From NCBI RefSeq assembly GCF_004010195.1, contig NC_057718.1:100728272-100765652 (forward strand): a stretch of 37,381 bases of DNA, read 5' to 3'. Positions 1 to 12,490 of the stretch are shown piece by piece. A program made the position numbers and the translations under genes. The DNA is from Chiloscyllium plagiosum. Taxonomy: Eukaryota. Positions within the stretch are counted from its first letter, which is position 1. Every line of letters starts with the position of its first letter. The notes below the pieces were generated by a model, which saw only the letters and a program-made list of their open reading frames with translations, searched no databases and had not been told where the DNA came from.

Positions 1-193
1 ACTCTCTCCCCACCCCTACCCTCCTCTAGCTTATCTCTCCATGCTTCAGGCTCTCTGCCTTTATTCCTGATGAAGGGCTTTTGCCCGAAACGTCGATTTT
101 GCCTGTCCTCGGATGCTGCCTGAATTGCTGTGCTCTTCCAGCACCACTAATCCAGAATCTGGTTTCCAGCATCTGCAGTCATTGTTTTTACCT
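1..193 (+). mobile_element. Penelope-like element 3' end/pLTR, family A
   Basis: Same sequence recurs at 1132, 19448, 35553 and 37252; carries a hammerhead core. Confidence 0.7.
65..96 (+). ncRNA. Minimal type I hammerhead ribozyme (family A)
   Basis: TC-CTGATGA-A-GGGC TTTT GCCC-GAAAC-GTC-GA: all core nucleotides, stem II 4 bp, palindromic ACGT stem III, predicted cleavage after C94. Confidence 0.75.
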
Positions 194-291
194 ACAAATA
201 ATACTTGTAAAGTGTGGACATTCTTTGTAAAGTTTGGTACCAGAAATAGACACCATTCTGGTCCTAGCCAGTGACTTACTATAATTATAAT

Positions 292-498
292 GTGGAGGTG
301 CCAGTGTTGGACTAGGGTGGACAAAGTTTAAAAATCACACAACATCAAGTTATATTTCAACAAGTGTATTTGAAAGTACAAGCTTTCGGAGTTACCTGAG
401 TTGTCTAACTAGTTATCTGACGAAGGAGCAGTGCTCCAAAGCTTGTACTTTCAAATAAACCTGTTGAACTGTAACTCGGGGTTGCGTGATTTTTAACT
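292..498. mobile_element. Fold-back PLE remnant, family B
   Basis: Inverted arms ~325-390 and ~433-498; degenerate hammerhead CTGACGA..AAAG at 417-445. Confidence 0.7.
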
Positions 499-1131
499 AT
501 AAATATTGAGTTAGAAATGATTGTACTAATTTTAAAATCATCCTTTTCATCTTGCCACATTCAACGCATTGTCTATACCCCCATCCCCTTCCCAGGCTTC
601 ACCCCTGCTAGCATTGATCCATCTTGTTTATATAGCCTCTCCTTAGTCATCTAATCAAAGTGCAACACAAAACACTTATCTGCATTACATTTAATTTGCC
701 ATTTGTCTGCCTGTTTTGCCACTCTTAAATCAGTCAGTGAGAAAACATGACAGAGTCAACTAAATATTTCAATGTACCGGACTGTCGTGGTAGTGTTTTA
801 ACTGCTGCTAACAAACTGCTAATTGTGGAAAGAGTACATGCCTTAAAGCTCTGTGACTGCAGCTTAAATAACTAACAACTGCAGTTGTTCGGCAACAAGT
901 TTGCATCTGCAGTTCCTTCCATGTTCACACATTATGTAGAGAAAAGCTGCTTCTGTTAAGAAACCTCCATGCAGATTGCAACACCTGTCCTCTTAGCTGG
1001 GAGGAACAGTGCCAGCAATAGGCACCAGTTTGATGTGAAATCAACAAATAGACCCAAAGTATTTAAAAATAAACATAGACAGGTTTGGTTAAAATTGCTC
1101 CCTATCATGAAACTGACTCAACTAATAGAAG

Positions 1132-1222
1132 CCCTGAAGAATGGCTTATGCCCGAAACGTCGATTCTCCTGTTCCCTGGATGCTACCTGACCTGCTGCGC
1201 TTTTCCAGCAACACATTTTCAG
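1132..1222 (+). mobile_element. PLE family A fragment with hammerhead core
   Basis: CTGAAGA-AT-GGC TTAT GCC-C-GAAACGTC; flanked by ctaatag direct repeat (1122-1128, 1225-1231). Confidence 0.7.
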
Positions 1223-1369
1223 CGCTAATAGTAAAGTAAGTCAGGGTGCGAAACCGAAGCTGTCAACCTACAAATGTTTTATGAATTAAAACCGTCCCCA
1301 TTGTTTTCATTTTTCTCTTTATCTTGCTTGCTTGTTTTGTTAATATTTGATAATCACCATAAGAAGAAG

Positions 1370-1870
1370 TAGAAGCAGGTCCTTGGATCTTGAAGCCTGT
1401 TGTGCCATCCATTGAGATCAGGGCAGAACTTGTGCTGAACTCCACTTTTCTGCATCATTCATCTCCCTCATTCCTTTAGTATTTAAAAGTCTGTCAATCT
1501 TTCCTTAAAAACTGAGCATTCACAACTTTCAAAGATTCAGAACCCTTCTAAGTGAAGAAATTTCTTATCTCCATCTGAAATGGCTGTCCCTTTTTCCAGA
1601 AACTGACCCATAGTTCAAGACTGACCAGTTTGAGTGCAGTACCTTCTCAGTATTTACCCAACCAAACTCTGAGAATTTCAGATGTTTCAATGAGGTTATC
1701 TTTATTATTCCAAAACAGAAGGAATATAGCTCAGTCTACTCAAGCTTTCCATTTAGGATAATGCCTTCATCCCAGGACCAACTCTGTTGAATCTTTGTTG
1801 CACTGTCTTTTGGGTGGGTATATAACTTAGGAAACTAAAACTGTACACAGTGCTCCCAAGTGAGGTCAAA
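1370..1870 (-). mobile_element. Degraded CR1-type LINE 3' end
   Basis: Reverse complement resembles the CR1 3' regions at 13325 and 24620. Confidence 0.55.
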
Positions 1871-2804
1871 CTATGCTGATATGTTATGCTAATCTTAAAA
1901 GCCCTAATTTTGCACAGAACTCTCCTGTGGAGAATTGAATGCTTTTTGAAAATTCACTGGTTCACCTTTACCTAGCCTGCTGGACAGAATCTCTGAACAG
2001 ATCATGTCTTTCCTCTCATATCCATGCTGTCTCTGTCCAATATATAATGAGTTTCTAACTTAACCCTGTTAACATATGCTTCCTTGCTACTTGTTTATTG
2101 ATCTAATCCTTGTCCAGTTGATATGAGCCAGTCCATTACATGCTACTTGCCAGTTTAGTTAGCTTTAATCCTATAAATAGTTCAGTTTTCACACTTTACA
2201 AAACATTTTGTACCATTAACCATTCAAAAAAGGTAAATAAAATTCATTCATTGACTACATCACACTACTTTAGATTTAGATCTTGCTATATAATCAATGA
2301 TATGAGCCATGTGTTTTTAAATAGTGATTGTCATTTTGTATGGAAAACATTTTACGATCAGGTGCTTAATCCACTTGTGCCCGGTCTTAGCTGTATTTAT
2401 GCTATCAATCAAAACAACACTTTCTCAGCGGTTTTATTATTACGAATACATACAGCCAGCTTGATTAACTGGAATTGAGGAGTTTGATCAAAGGAGAAAG
2501 TTTTGCTGGTTGTGAGTTATGCGAAGAGTGTAATAAGCTGGGAAATGTTATTATCAAATTTTTCTTAAAACAGTTGAAGATAATAAAAGAGGAAGGTATT
2601 TAGGAAGTTTAGTTGTTTAAACTGTACAATTAAATTGTCTTCCTAAAGTTAAACATTTTTCTTTGGAAAGTCAGTAATATTGAAGAGGAAATGTTTGAGT
2701 ATCATTGATTGTGTGTATTTGGTATGTACAACCTTGTCTGTTCATGTACACAGGAGTCACTTAATGTATTATTTACTCCATTCATTGTCTGTGTTTTATT
2801 TCAG

Positions 2805-2891
2805 GCGAAGCCAGCACAGAAAGGCTCTGCTACATTCTCATTTGGTGATTTAGGCAATATATCCAAACTGATGACAAAGAAGGATAAATAG
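2805..2891 (+). CDS. NDUFAF5: NDUFAF5 last coding exon: AKPAQKGSATFSFGDLGNISKLMTKKDK*
   Basis: Polypyrimidine acceptor gttttatttcag; matches the NDUFAF5 C-terminus (ARPAERGSATVSFGELG); NDUFAF5 neighbours SEL1L2 in human. Confidence 0.88.
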   Translation, partial: AKPAQKGSATFSFGDLGNISKLMTKKDK

Positions 2892-2970
2892 AGCTTTAAA
2901 TAATTGTAAACAAAACCTTTTATATTTAAATAAGAACAGAATGCCAAATTTGGTTTGCATAAATATAAAC

Positions 2971-2976
2971 AATAAA
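2971..2976 (+). promoter_or_regulatory. Candidate NDUFAF5 polyadenylation signal AATAAA (alternative at 3760-3765)
   Basis: First AATAAA, 80 nt after the stop. Confidence 0.45.
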
Positions 2977-3819
2977 GAATGTATATGGTCCTTTGCAGAG
3001 TGGAATTTTATTGCTTACTGGGTGTAGCTTTATATCCTGGCCAAGATGGAGAGCAGCCTTTCGCCAATATTATAAGATGCTAAGAAGTACAATTGAGCAG
3101 TTTGTATGACTTGTACTGTACTTATTCAGTCCTCAACTTCCCTGATAACAGAATTGAGACCTGGAGTGCACCGGTTTGAGGGAATTAAAGCCATGTTATT
3201 CCAGAATACGTTATTCTGGAATCGGAGATATGAATGTATATTTTCATGGGATGAACTATAGAGTTGCTAGCATGTTGCTGCTTTATACCTGGCTTTTGGT
3301 CTACAGTAATTACAATAATAGAAGATAACTTTATGTTGCAGTAGGACCATCTGCACAAAGAGATTACTTAATTTAAAAGACTTGAAATTGAATATTTTAA
3401 AATGAATTAGAAGTATTGCAGGTACTTGAGTAATAGTTAAACAAGATTAAATTTACAGTTGACTATTACATGGATACTCCTTTTGAGGGGCTGAAATTCA
3501 AGCCTGTCAAAATTCCATACTGTATCATTAGTAGAGAATTCTGCATGTCTGTATGAAAAGTCCCTCTCCTGGATTTTAAATTTAAACTCATACTTTTTTT
3601 AGAGTTTAATGATGGGAAAGTTAACATTAATATCTGTATTCATTAAATATTTAAACCATTTGTTATATTAACACAAATTGTGCAAGGATTACTTTGTGTT
3701 ACTAATGCATCATATTTATAACAAGTAAACTGATATTCTCTACTTAGCCTGTGACTATGAATAAAAAGAGCAACTTAAGACAAAGATGACAATCTGAAGT
3801 CAGTGACATTTTGATTGTA

Positions 3820-3825
3820 TTTAAT
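3820..3825 (-). promoter_or_regulatory. Candidate SEL1L2 polyadenylation signal ATTAAA (canonical AATAAA further down at 3007-3012)
   Basis: Hexamers on the minus strand downstream of the stop. Confidence 0.35.
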
Positions 3826-3960
3826 GTCACAGTGTTGAAACTTGTACCTTAAGTGATTACATCAATTTCTTCTGAGAGTTATTCACAAAAAATCTAAATT
3901 TGTGAAGCAACCAGCAAGCAGCAGCTCTGAAAGTTAGATGTAACTTCTTTGGCATGTCAT

Positions 3961-4080
3961 CTAGACATGTCTGTAGGCCATCAGTACAGCCAGGAGTAAA
4001 GTTAAAATCATTATCAGAAAAAGATCCCAATGAGGCCATAGCAATCGATCCAGACTTGTGTGTTTCCATACTGCACTGAG
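3961..4080 (-). CDS. SEL1L2: SEL1L2 terminal coding exon: LSAVWKHTSLDRLLWPHWDLFLIMILTLLLAVLMAYRHV*
   Basis: Acceptor tttgcag; PHWDLF followed by a hydrophobic TM segment and TAG stop at 3961-3963. Confidence 0.92.
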   Translation of the reverse strand, partial: LSAVWKHTSLDRLLWPHWDLFLIMILTLLLAVLMAYRHV

Positions 4081-4148
4081 CTGCAAAGATAAAGGTTAAC
4101 ACCTTTATCAACACCTTTCTATTAATCCAATGTTTCTAATCAAGTAGT

Positions 4149-4173
4149 TTTTTTTCTCCCCCCCCCCCCCCCC
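4149..4173. repeat. T run followed by a long poly-C run
   Basis: Direct reading. Confidence 0.85.
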
Positions 4174-4669
4174 TTAACTGAATCCTCTCAATTTAACTCT
4201 TGCTCCTGAAAGTACGGCACTATTGCTGAAAGTATACCCTTGTTAAAGCTTTCATGAACAATCTACCCAAATAAACACCAAAATCTATGCATTCTTCAAA
4301 ACAGAGATTTAGATATATAAAATCTTTTCTGGGTACATTTTCAATGCTACAACAGACTGCAGTTTATAAAGTACTCCTTTGACTGCAAAGTGGTTTGAGA
4401 CATCTGATGATCATTGCTATATAAATGGGTATTTCTCTTTAATGTGTTGTTTTAGTCTTAGTGGTGGTTCAGGCTTCAGCGACCTGAATCATATTTCCTA
4501 AAATTCCTCCGACTGTTTCCTATTTTTAAAAAATTACTCAAAAACCTTTTAGAGATAAGCAAATGTAACAGGAATTTTGCCAACTATGTTGCTCCAACCC
4601 TCCCCCTCCCCCACCTACCTATTTCCATCACATGGCACCTCAGGACTTTTTTCACATAAAGAAATGCTA

Positions 4670-4852
<183 letters not shown>

Positions 4853-5855
4853 TTAGGTGTTGCAATGTTTGTTTGACTTATCAGTGAGGATAGATGAAAG
4901 AAATGTGACCTTCTCAATCCTGTAAAGAGGTCATCTTTTGAGATTACATTTACAAACTAGTTCCAGAACCAAGAAAGATAAAGGGGAACAGGATCAATCC
5001 AGATCAAATTCTGTATTGATGGCAGGAAATGTTTGTTCAGCTACAGTATTCACATGTAGAATGGAAGAAGTGAAGATGAAAGGCTTTGGAATCTTTGAAG
5101 ACGTTGGGTCCTTTAATTGGCCAGGAACGCTGGTGTAAAACGCTGGAAGAAAAAACTTCTGTCCTTATCATCCCAACCTTGTCAAAACAGTGACATTCTC
5201 CGAACTAAACTGATTTTTAAAAATGGGCTTGAGCAGAGTTTTAAAATTTTACATCGATTAATAATACTGGATGCTAATGACTGTTATTCTATATGAAAGA
5301 TATACTTCTAGCAGCTGTATAAAGAGGAAGGAACCGTCATGACACTACAAAGATCCAAAACACCTTTACAATATCTTATTGTCACTGTTTTGAATCCAGG
5401 CTTATCATTGGAACAAACAGCACGATTGATGAGAATAGAAAGGCAAGGACATGGTTTTGTCCCACGTGAAATATTTCTAATTTCTGGCTCAGGTTTTTTG
5501 AATTGGGTGAGTATTAAAGAGTGCCAAATTCAAGCATTAGCTAGTGTAATTTAAACACATGCCTGTTCCAAAAGCCTAAGTATACGCTGAAGAAGAGTTA
5601 AAGCAAGAAAGAGGCCAAACAGCCCATCAATTCCATCCTAAAAACTTCCCCTTTCCCACTTAAGTTGCACTGCATCCTACACAACAACAAAAACAGCCTG
5701 GCATTTCTGTTGGAACATTGTCACCTCAAGCACTGCAATGGTTTGAGGTGATCCATCATTCATCTACTCAAGTCAAGTAGCTAACACCAATAAATTCAAC
5801 ACTGGCAGTCCATATGTGCGCTGAATAATGTTTTAAAAGTCATATGATTTTGGAG

Positions 5856-6069
5856 TTAAAAATCACACAACACCAGGTTATAGTCCAACAGATTTAATTG
5901 GAAGCACTAGCTTTCGGAGCACTGCTCCTTCATCAGCTTCATCACAACCACATGATGAAGGAACAGCGCTCTGAAAGCTAGTGCTTCCAATTAAACCTGT
6001 TGGACTATAACCTGGTGTTGTGTGATTTTTAACTTTATACACCCCAGTCCAACACCGGCATCTCCAAAT
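5856..6069. mobile_element. Fold-back PLE mini-element, family B, with 13-bp TSD
   Basis: ~80-bp inverted arms, each with a hammerhead core; TATGATTTTGGAG at 5843-5855 and 6070-6082. Confidence 0.8.
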
Positions 6070-6258
6070 TATGATTTTGGAGGTCATTTAACCCCATCAA
6101 AAGAGTTCTTAACCTTCAAATGTAGCCCCTCACATCCCTTAATGTTTTGTGCAACAGTTTTGAAGATGTGATATTTTCTTATACAGTGACTATTTTTAAG
6201 GTGCTTGTTACATGAATAACTTTAAGGTCCTTTGAAAAATGATGTATATTTTCATTCA

Positions 6259-6549
<291 letters not shown>

Positions 6550-7828
6550 TCACTTATAAGCTTTGAAGATTTCCTTACCAGAACTGGAGAACTTGGGTCT
6601 CCTATGCCTCTTCCTTACAACATTCAGTCAACTCAAAATCTCTCAAGTTTAGGAAAGGGAGGGGAGGTGGGATAGCAACAATTCCAAGCCTGGAAGGTGG
6701 GCGTGGAAGAGAAGCTTACCCTCTAGGGAGCAGACCAAGCAAGCAAGAGTTCACATTGCAACTTGGGAAACTTTTAAAATTTGTGTACTAACAAAGCGAG
6801 AAATCAAATGACCTGCAATGAGCAAACCGTGAAATAAAAAAAAGTGCTAGAGAAACTCTGCAGGTCTTCTCACATCTGTGGAGAGAAAACAGTTAACGTT
6901 TTGAGTTCAATATGACTTTAGAATTGAAAGGGACTTGAAAATCATGGGGTTTTTTTCTGCACTCCACTGATACTGCTCCTATGCAGGGAGATAGTGTACA
7001 TCGCCATTATAATTGATGAACCTGATGGACTGGGCTGTAGGAAGGGGAAATTGGATACATCCAGCTAAGCACAAAAGTTATATGGAGATGAACAAGGCTG
7101 AGAAGTGACTGGTGAGTGCTTTTGAAATATGTACCTTTGCTAACAGTTACACTATAATCATGCTTGGACTTTTGGGAGAAATTGAAGACCATTAACTAAT
7201 GCCAATGTTGTCTTATTAAATGGTTATATTTTTTAATACAACCTTAGAAAAAGCTACCAAAACCTTCAGAATTGATCACACTAAGCACATGTTGGTCACA
7301 TTGCTAACAACAAGAAGCTAAATATGCTTGTGGAATGACTATCATGTTATCATAGCAAGCAAACCCCTAAGCAATTTTTGATTATCCATGTGCTTTGCTC
7401 TGTTGCAAAATTTGCCTCTGTGACTGTCACCTCCCACTGAAACCCAGCATCGTTTGTGGAGAGAATTGATAACAAAATTGTATCACTCCAAAGCCAGCCA
7501 AATAGGGAAATCTAAACAGTCTTACTTAACTTCAAAGCTATTCAAATAATAATTATATGCTACATATATACTCTACATATAAAATGTGCTTTTGAACAGT
7601 CGTTTAGGGAAATAGATCACTTGAGTCCAGGCCAACATAAATTACTCAAGTTGTTTTTTGTAAACCATCATTTCCTGATATATATACCTTTTATACAAAC
7701 ACCCATAAAGAGGACTAATAATCCACTGGTGCCTTGAGTCTTTGTGAGATACCATGTCCAAAACTAACAGTTGTATTTTCAGATAAACTAGTAGTTTTCC
7801 GCCATGTACCTTATATATACATCTGTAC

Positions 7829-7903
7829 CTTGAGCTGCAGCTCGGTTCCAGTATATCAGAGCCATATGGTAGCAATCAATCTGTGAGAGGAGTGCAGACT
7901 GCT
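7829..7903 (-). CDS. SEL1L2: SEL1L2 coding exon (75 nt): (E)QSALLSQIDCYHMALIYWNRAAAQ
   Basis: Acceptor taatag, donor GTACA; WNRAA.Q motif. Confidence 0.93.
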
Positions 7904-7991
7904 CTATTAAAACAACAGTACATTTCACAGATTTTACTTTTTTTAAAAGAAAAAATGCAAAGATAGAATTTTTGGAGAGATTATGTGTTCA

Positions 7992-8171
<180 letters not shown>

Positions 8172-9218
8172 CTAAACATGGAAGACATTGATACATTAAA
8201 GGTCAAAAGTAAATAGTCAACTGAAGGATAAGGTTATAATTTTGGAAATAAAAACCAAATTTAATTCAATTTTTAAAAATTGAATATTGAAAAGAGTGAT
8301 GTGTTGTCAAAGCTGCTGTTTTCAGCAGACCATGTCAAATTTCAAATGATTGCAGCAATTTATACTGCAGGAGTTGGCAATATCCTCAGAAGGGCCGAGG
8401 TGTTGTCATTGCAAAAAGGAACTTCAGGCTTCCCAAATATCTGGTAATTTAATGGAGATGAAAGGTTTTAACATATCCTTTGCATGTGCATATGAATTTT
8501 TGTCACTCCTAGCAAGCAAAAATGAACCATGTTATGAGCTCAACAGATTATCTTAAATTGGATTAGCACACTCTTAAATTATTTTAAATTCGCACACTCG
8601 TAATTGTTTCGCAATTGTCCAATTCTGGAATCATCTCTAACTAGATGTTTACATGCATGGTTTTGTTGAGTACAGTCTTAACTCCTCCTATCACAAACAA
8701 TTGAAGGAACAAGCTCTTTGATTTGATCAGCCAGTATACACCCAATGTACTGGGCATCTCACCTGCACTTTGTTCAACTGTGAGAACACCATCTTGGACT
8801 CATGGCAGCATTCTGTTAGTGGAAATGCCAACTGAATAACCACTGCATAGTAGCAGTATGAAAAGGCTCCTTTAACTTGTTCAAATTTTTGAGATACTCT
8901 GCCAATGCAGGATAATTTAAGGTAGACCGAATACTTTTTTCAGATTAAAAAATGTTAGCCTGTGGCCTGTTTGTGAGTTTGCAGGATACACAATGATAAG
9001 GTTAGCCACTGTCCTGCCAGGCAGCTTTATTTCTGCATCAAGCTTTCAAGGTGAACAAATGACTAGGCCTCAATTTACAGGATTGCCGATGAAGCTAATC
9101 TTATAGCACATGGAACTATAGGAATCCCAATATATGGATGGATTCAAAGTTTGGGTGAAGATTTGTAGCTCGGGTGCTCGTTGTTGTGGTTCTGTTTGCC
9201 GAGCTGGAAATTTTTGTT

Positions 9219-9258
9219 GCAAACGTTTCGCCCCCTGTCTAGGTGACATCCTCAGTGC
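9219..9258 (-). ncRNA. Minimal type I hammerhead ribozyme (family C, GUU variant)
   Basis: GCA-CTGAGGA-T-GTC..GGC-GAAAC-GTT-TGC on the minus strand. Confidence 0.7.
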
Positions 9259-10064
9259 TTAGGAGCCTCCTGTGAAGCGCTTCTGTGGTGTTTCCTCCGG
9301 CATTTATAGTGGCCTGCCCCGAGACAGCTCAAACAGTTCCGACAGGCATAATGAGCAAAAACCCTTTATGCTTATTAGTCCAAACAGGGCTATGAGGAGG
9401 GGGATGGGGTGGAAGGTAATCCCCTGGAAAGGGCTAGTTTTCACCATATTGGTCAAAATTTTCCAAGGATTGGCAATTCCATGCAGATTTTTGACAGCTC
9501 TGTATTTCTGAGAAAAGATTCTGCTGAAGGCTGATATGTTATTGCACTTACAACCGCACATTCCAACATCTAACACTGTTTAAGTCCCAAGCCACAAAGC
9601 TTTGCATACCCCTGCCTAAGTCACTGCCATTCTTTCTCCAGTTCCCATGGTAGCCCAGGACCTTATCTTTGTGGGATCATGACATGCAGGAATACATTGC
9701 ATAGGTGTTCTTCTTCCTCTTTTTGCAGTTCTGGTGTACTGCAGTGTGTTGTGGCCCTTTTGAATAGTGTCTTGATGCAACTTCTTTTGTGTGTGTTGGG
9801 TTGGTTGCTTTCGTAGTTTAGGACTTGGTCTGTGTGTGTGGCTTTACTGTATTACTATTATAGGACAAGCCAAACAGAGAACAGCCAGGGAATTCCTAGA
9901 GGCATGGCACTCATCCACAGATTCAATAAACAAGCACATCGACCTGGACCCAATATACCGACCACTGCAGCGGACAGCTGGAACTGACAACCGGAAGCAG
10001 CAGATTCAAACCACTACAAATGCCGGAGGAAAGATCACAGAAGCGCTTCACAGGAGGCTCCCAA

Positions 10065-10104
10065 GCACTGAGGATGTCACCTAGACAGGGGACGAAACGT
10101 CTGC
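10065..10104 (+). ncRNA. Minimal type I hammerhead ribozyme (family C)
   Basis: GCA-CTGAGGA-T-GTC A CCT AGAC AGG G GAC-GAAAC-GTC-TGC: stem I GCA/TGC, extended stem II, GUC cleavage triplet. Confidence 0.8.
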
Positions 10105-10742
10105 AACACAAATTCCCAGCTCGGCGAACAGAACCACAACAATAAAGAGATTCTTCAAATACAATCATGGTTACGTAGATGGATCAGTAAAACAAATCGT
10201 TAATGTTAACACCCAGCATACCACTCTCTTAATAGAAGCAGCTCCTAAAACGAAAGATATGTCTAGGTACTGATTTCATCCTCAAACACAATAAAAGCAA
10301 GTTTTATTTCAAATAATTAAATTAAATAATTTTGGTTTTATGCCAAGTGTATCACACGAAAGAAATCTCTGCAGTGAATATTAAAATGTCTTGGAGGTTT
10401 TAACGCTGGATACTTGTAAAGGTTGAGCATTGTCTGTCCATCTCTATAAGTAAACCTTCCATTCTGACCAAATGCTTCTCTTATGAAAATATGACACTGA
10501 ACTCAACATGACACAATTCTTATTTATTGAACTTAACCTTTTACAGTGCCACATATTATAAAACAGGAAAAAAATGTATTGATAAATAAACAAATACACA
10601 GTTCAATGGTATATTGATAACACTGTGATTACAAATTCTCTTGATCTTAAACTGTACTAGACTTGAAATGTTAGCTTGCTCTCTCACCATGGATGCTGTC
10701 TGATCTGCCGTGATATCAGCATTGGTTGTTTTCAGTAAAGAT

Positions 10743-10990
10743 AGCATGGTAGCTTAGTGATTAGCACTGCCACCTCACAGTGCCAAGCGCCTGTCCTTGA
10801 AAATTTGCATATTCCCCCATATCAATGTGGGTTTCCTCCCAAAGTCCAACAATGTACAAGCTAGGTGGGTTAGCCATGGGAAATGCAGAGTTTTAGGGTA
10901 GGGATTGGGTCTGGGTGGGATGCTGTTCAGAGAGTTGGTGTGGACCCGATGGGCCAAATGGCCTGCTTCTACACTGAAGGGATTCTATTC
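10743..10990 (+). mobile_element. HE1/V-SINE-type tRNA-derived SINE, degraded
   Basis: Similar to the copies at 21923 and 22215. Confidence 0.75.
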
Positions 10991-11518
10991 CTTTGTGTGC
11001 AAACATGCCACATTAAACTAATGCCAAAATGCTTTTTGTTGACGGAGCAGCTGCATGCGTGTGGTTAAATGAAACAGTAGAGTTGTTGACTTCTTCTATA
11101 TCTCCTCCAGCTTCTATTTGTGCAATACCATTATTACCAATTGCTTTCGAAGAAAACCCAGTACAAAAGCAATTTAAAAACTGTCTCTCTCTTTCTGAAG
11201 TACATTAAATAGTCCCAGGAATCCTGTGATTGGTTTCGGGACTCCTTCCTGAAAAATCACGCAATCTGTTCCAATTAATTTAAAACAATCCTGAGAGATG
11301 GATTCAACTTCAAGGACAAAGGTAGCCATTCGATAAACATTTCATCAAGGACAGAAATTCTTCATTTCAATGCCAGAAACATTTAAAGTATTCTGGCAAT
11401 ACCCGACTCCCAGTTACAATGATAAAACACTTCATTTTTGTTGCTGCCAATTACACACATAAGCCTTGCTTTATGATTTATCAGCTTAGCAACCGAGAGT
11501 TTTAAGTGGGTCTACTGA

Positions 11519-12490
11519 TGTAATGTAAAAGTTCCTGCAGTCAATATGATGTAAAATGTTTGATTTATATTTGTTTTTAACATCATTTATTTTAAGTTTG
11601 GGGATTTGGTTTCTGAATTCGTAACGTGGGTTTTCTGTGTGTCTGAAGTTAATGATTAACTTGTACCTATTTCTGAAGCCAGAATGATTTATTTAAAAAT
11701 AGGTTTTGAGGCCTAGCTTTAGGATTAATGGATTTTGTTGCAGCACTGATGGACATTTGTTTGCCTTAGATTGTTTTGCGACCCAGTAGAGTGAATAGTG
11801 GGGCCTAAAAGCTTGTTTGATATTTTTGGAACTTGCATTTTCTTTGCTTCATACCCATACTTAAAGGAATGTATTTTATTTTACTTTGAGTTTTGAACAG
11901 TCCTGTGACATCCTTGTCTGCATCAACAAATGCTCCTGAGTAGGGAAGGATATAGTGAAATGAAATTATCTCTGAGTAAAGTCTCCTTTCCAAACCAGAA
12001 TTGTAGTGATAAAACCCTGAAGAGGTTACTTAAAGCTGAGTATCTTTCAGCTCCAAGAAAAATCTATCAGCAGTTCCAGTGTATAAGTAAAGTCACAAGT
12101 GTCTGAAACCTATTAAAGTATTAGAGACAAGGACTCTGCTGTGAGTACTTTATTGGTGACAATGTTGATCCTATACCAGATGTGATTTTGTTTATTGTGC
12201 TAGGGGTTTATTTTGGGTACTGTATGAAAACTGTTGTTTTTCTTTTCAATTTATAAAGGGGTTTTTCTGGATTAATGGGATTATACTTTTACCATGTGCT
12301 TAAAATCATTTTAATTTGTGTTTAATGTCGATTGCTCTATTTATTCTATCTTCATTTTTTTGTTAATAAAGCAAAGTTTGCAGAATTGTGTGCTTGTGTT
12401 TCAGTGAAAGAACACTTTGTTAAAACAAAAATAAAACAAACCATGATCCATCAAGCCTGGCTTCAGTTTGGCTTCTGACTTTGCAATTAG
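11519..12490. mobile_element. Possible degraded LTR-like repeat
   Basis: Starts TGTAA; T-rich LTR-like body with AATAAA; no TSD or clean CA end found. Confidence 0.3.

Larger units (their letters stand above)
9150..10141. mobile_element. Rearranged Penelope-like element, family C
   Basis: Minus pLTR 9150-9312; minus RT-thumb fragment KATHTDQVLNYESN.PNTHKRSCIKTLFKRATTHCSTPE (~9700-9846); plus GIY-YIG C-terminus TIIGQAKQRTAREFLEAWHSSTDSINKHIDLDPIY and pLTR (~9850-10141). Confidence 0.8.

Noticed and set aside
230..275. Minus ORF text WLGPEWCLFLV resembling the SEL1L C-terminal LGPEWDLYL
   Set aside because: No splice acceptor or TM helix, and it sits between two repeats. The true terminal exon is at 3961-4080.
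3857..4114. 85-aa ORF from the track
   Set aside because: Wrong frame over the SEL1L2 terminal exon.
4403..4420. Isolated CTGATGA
   Set aside because: No stem II or GAAA follows; it lies in a SINE tail.
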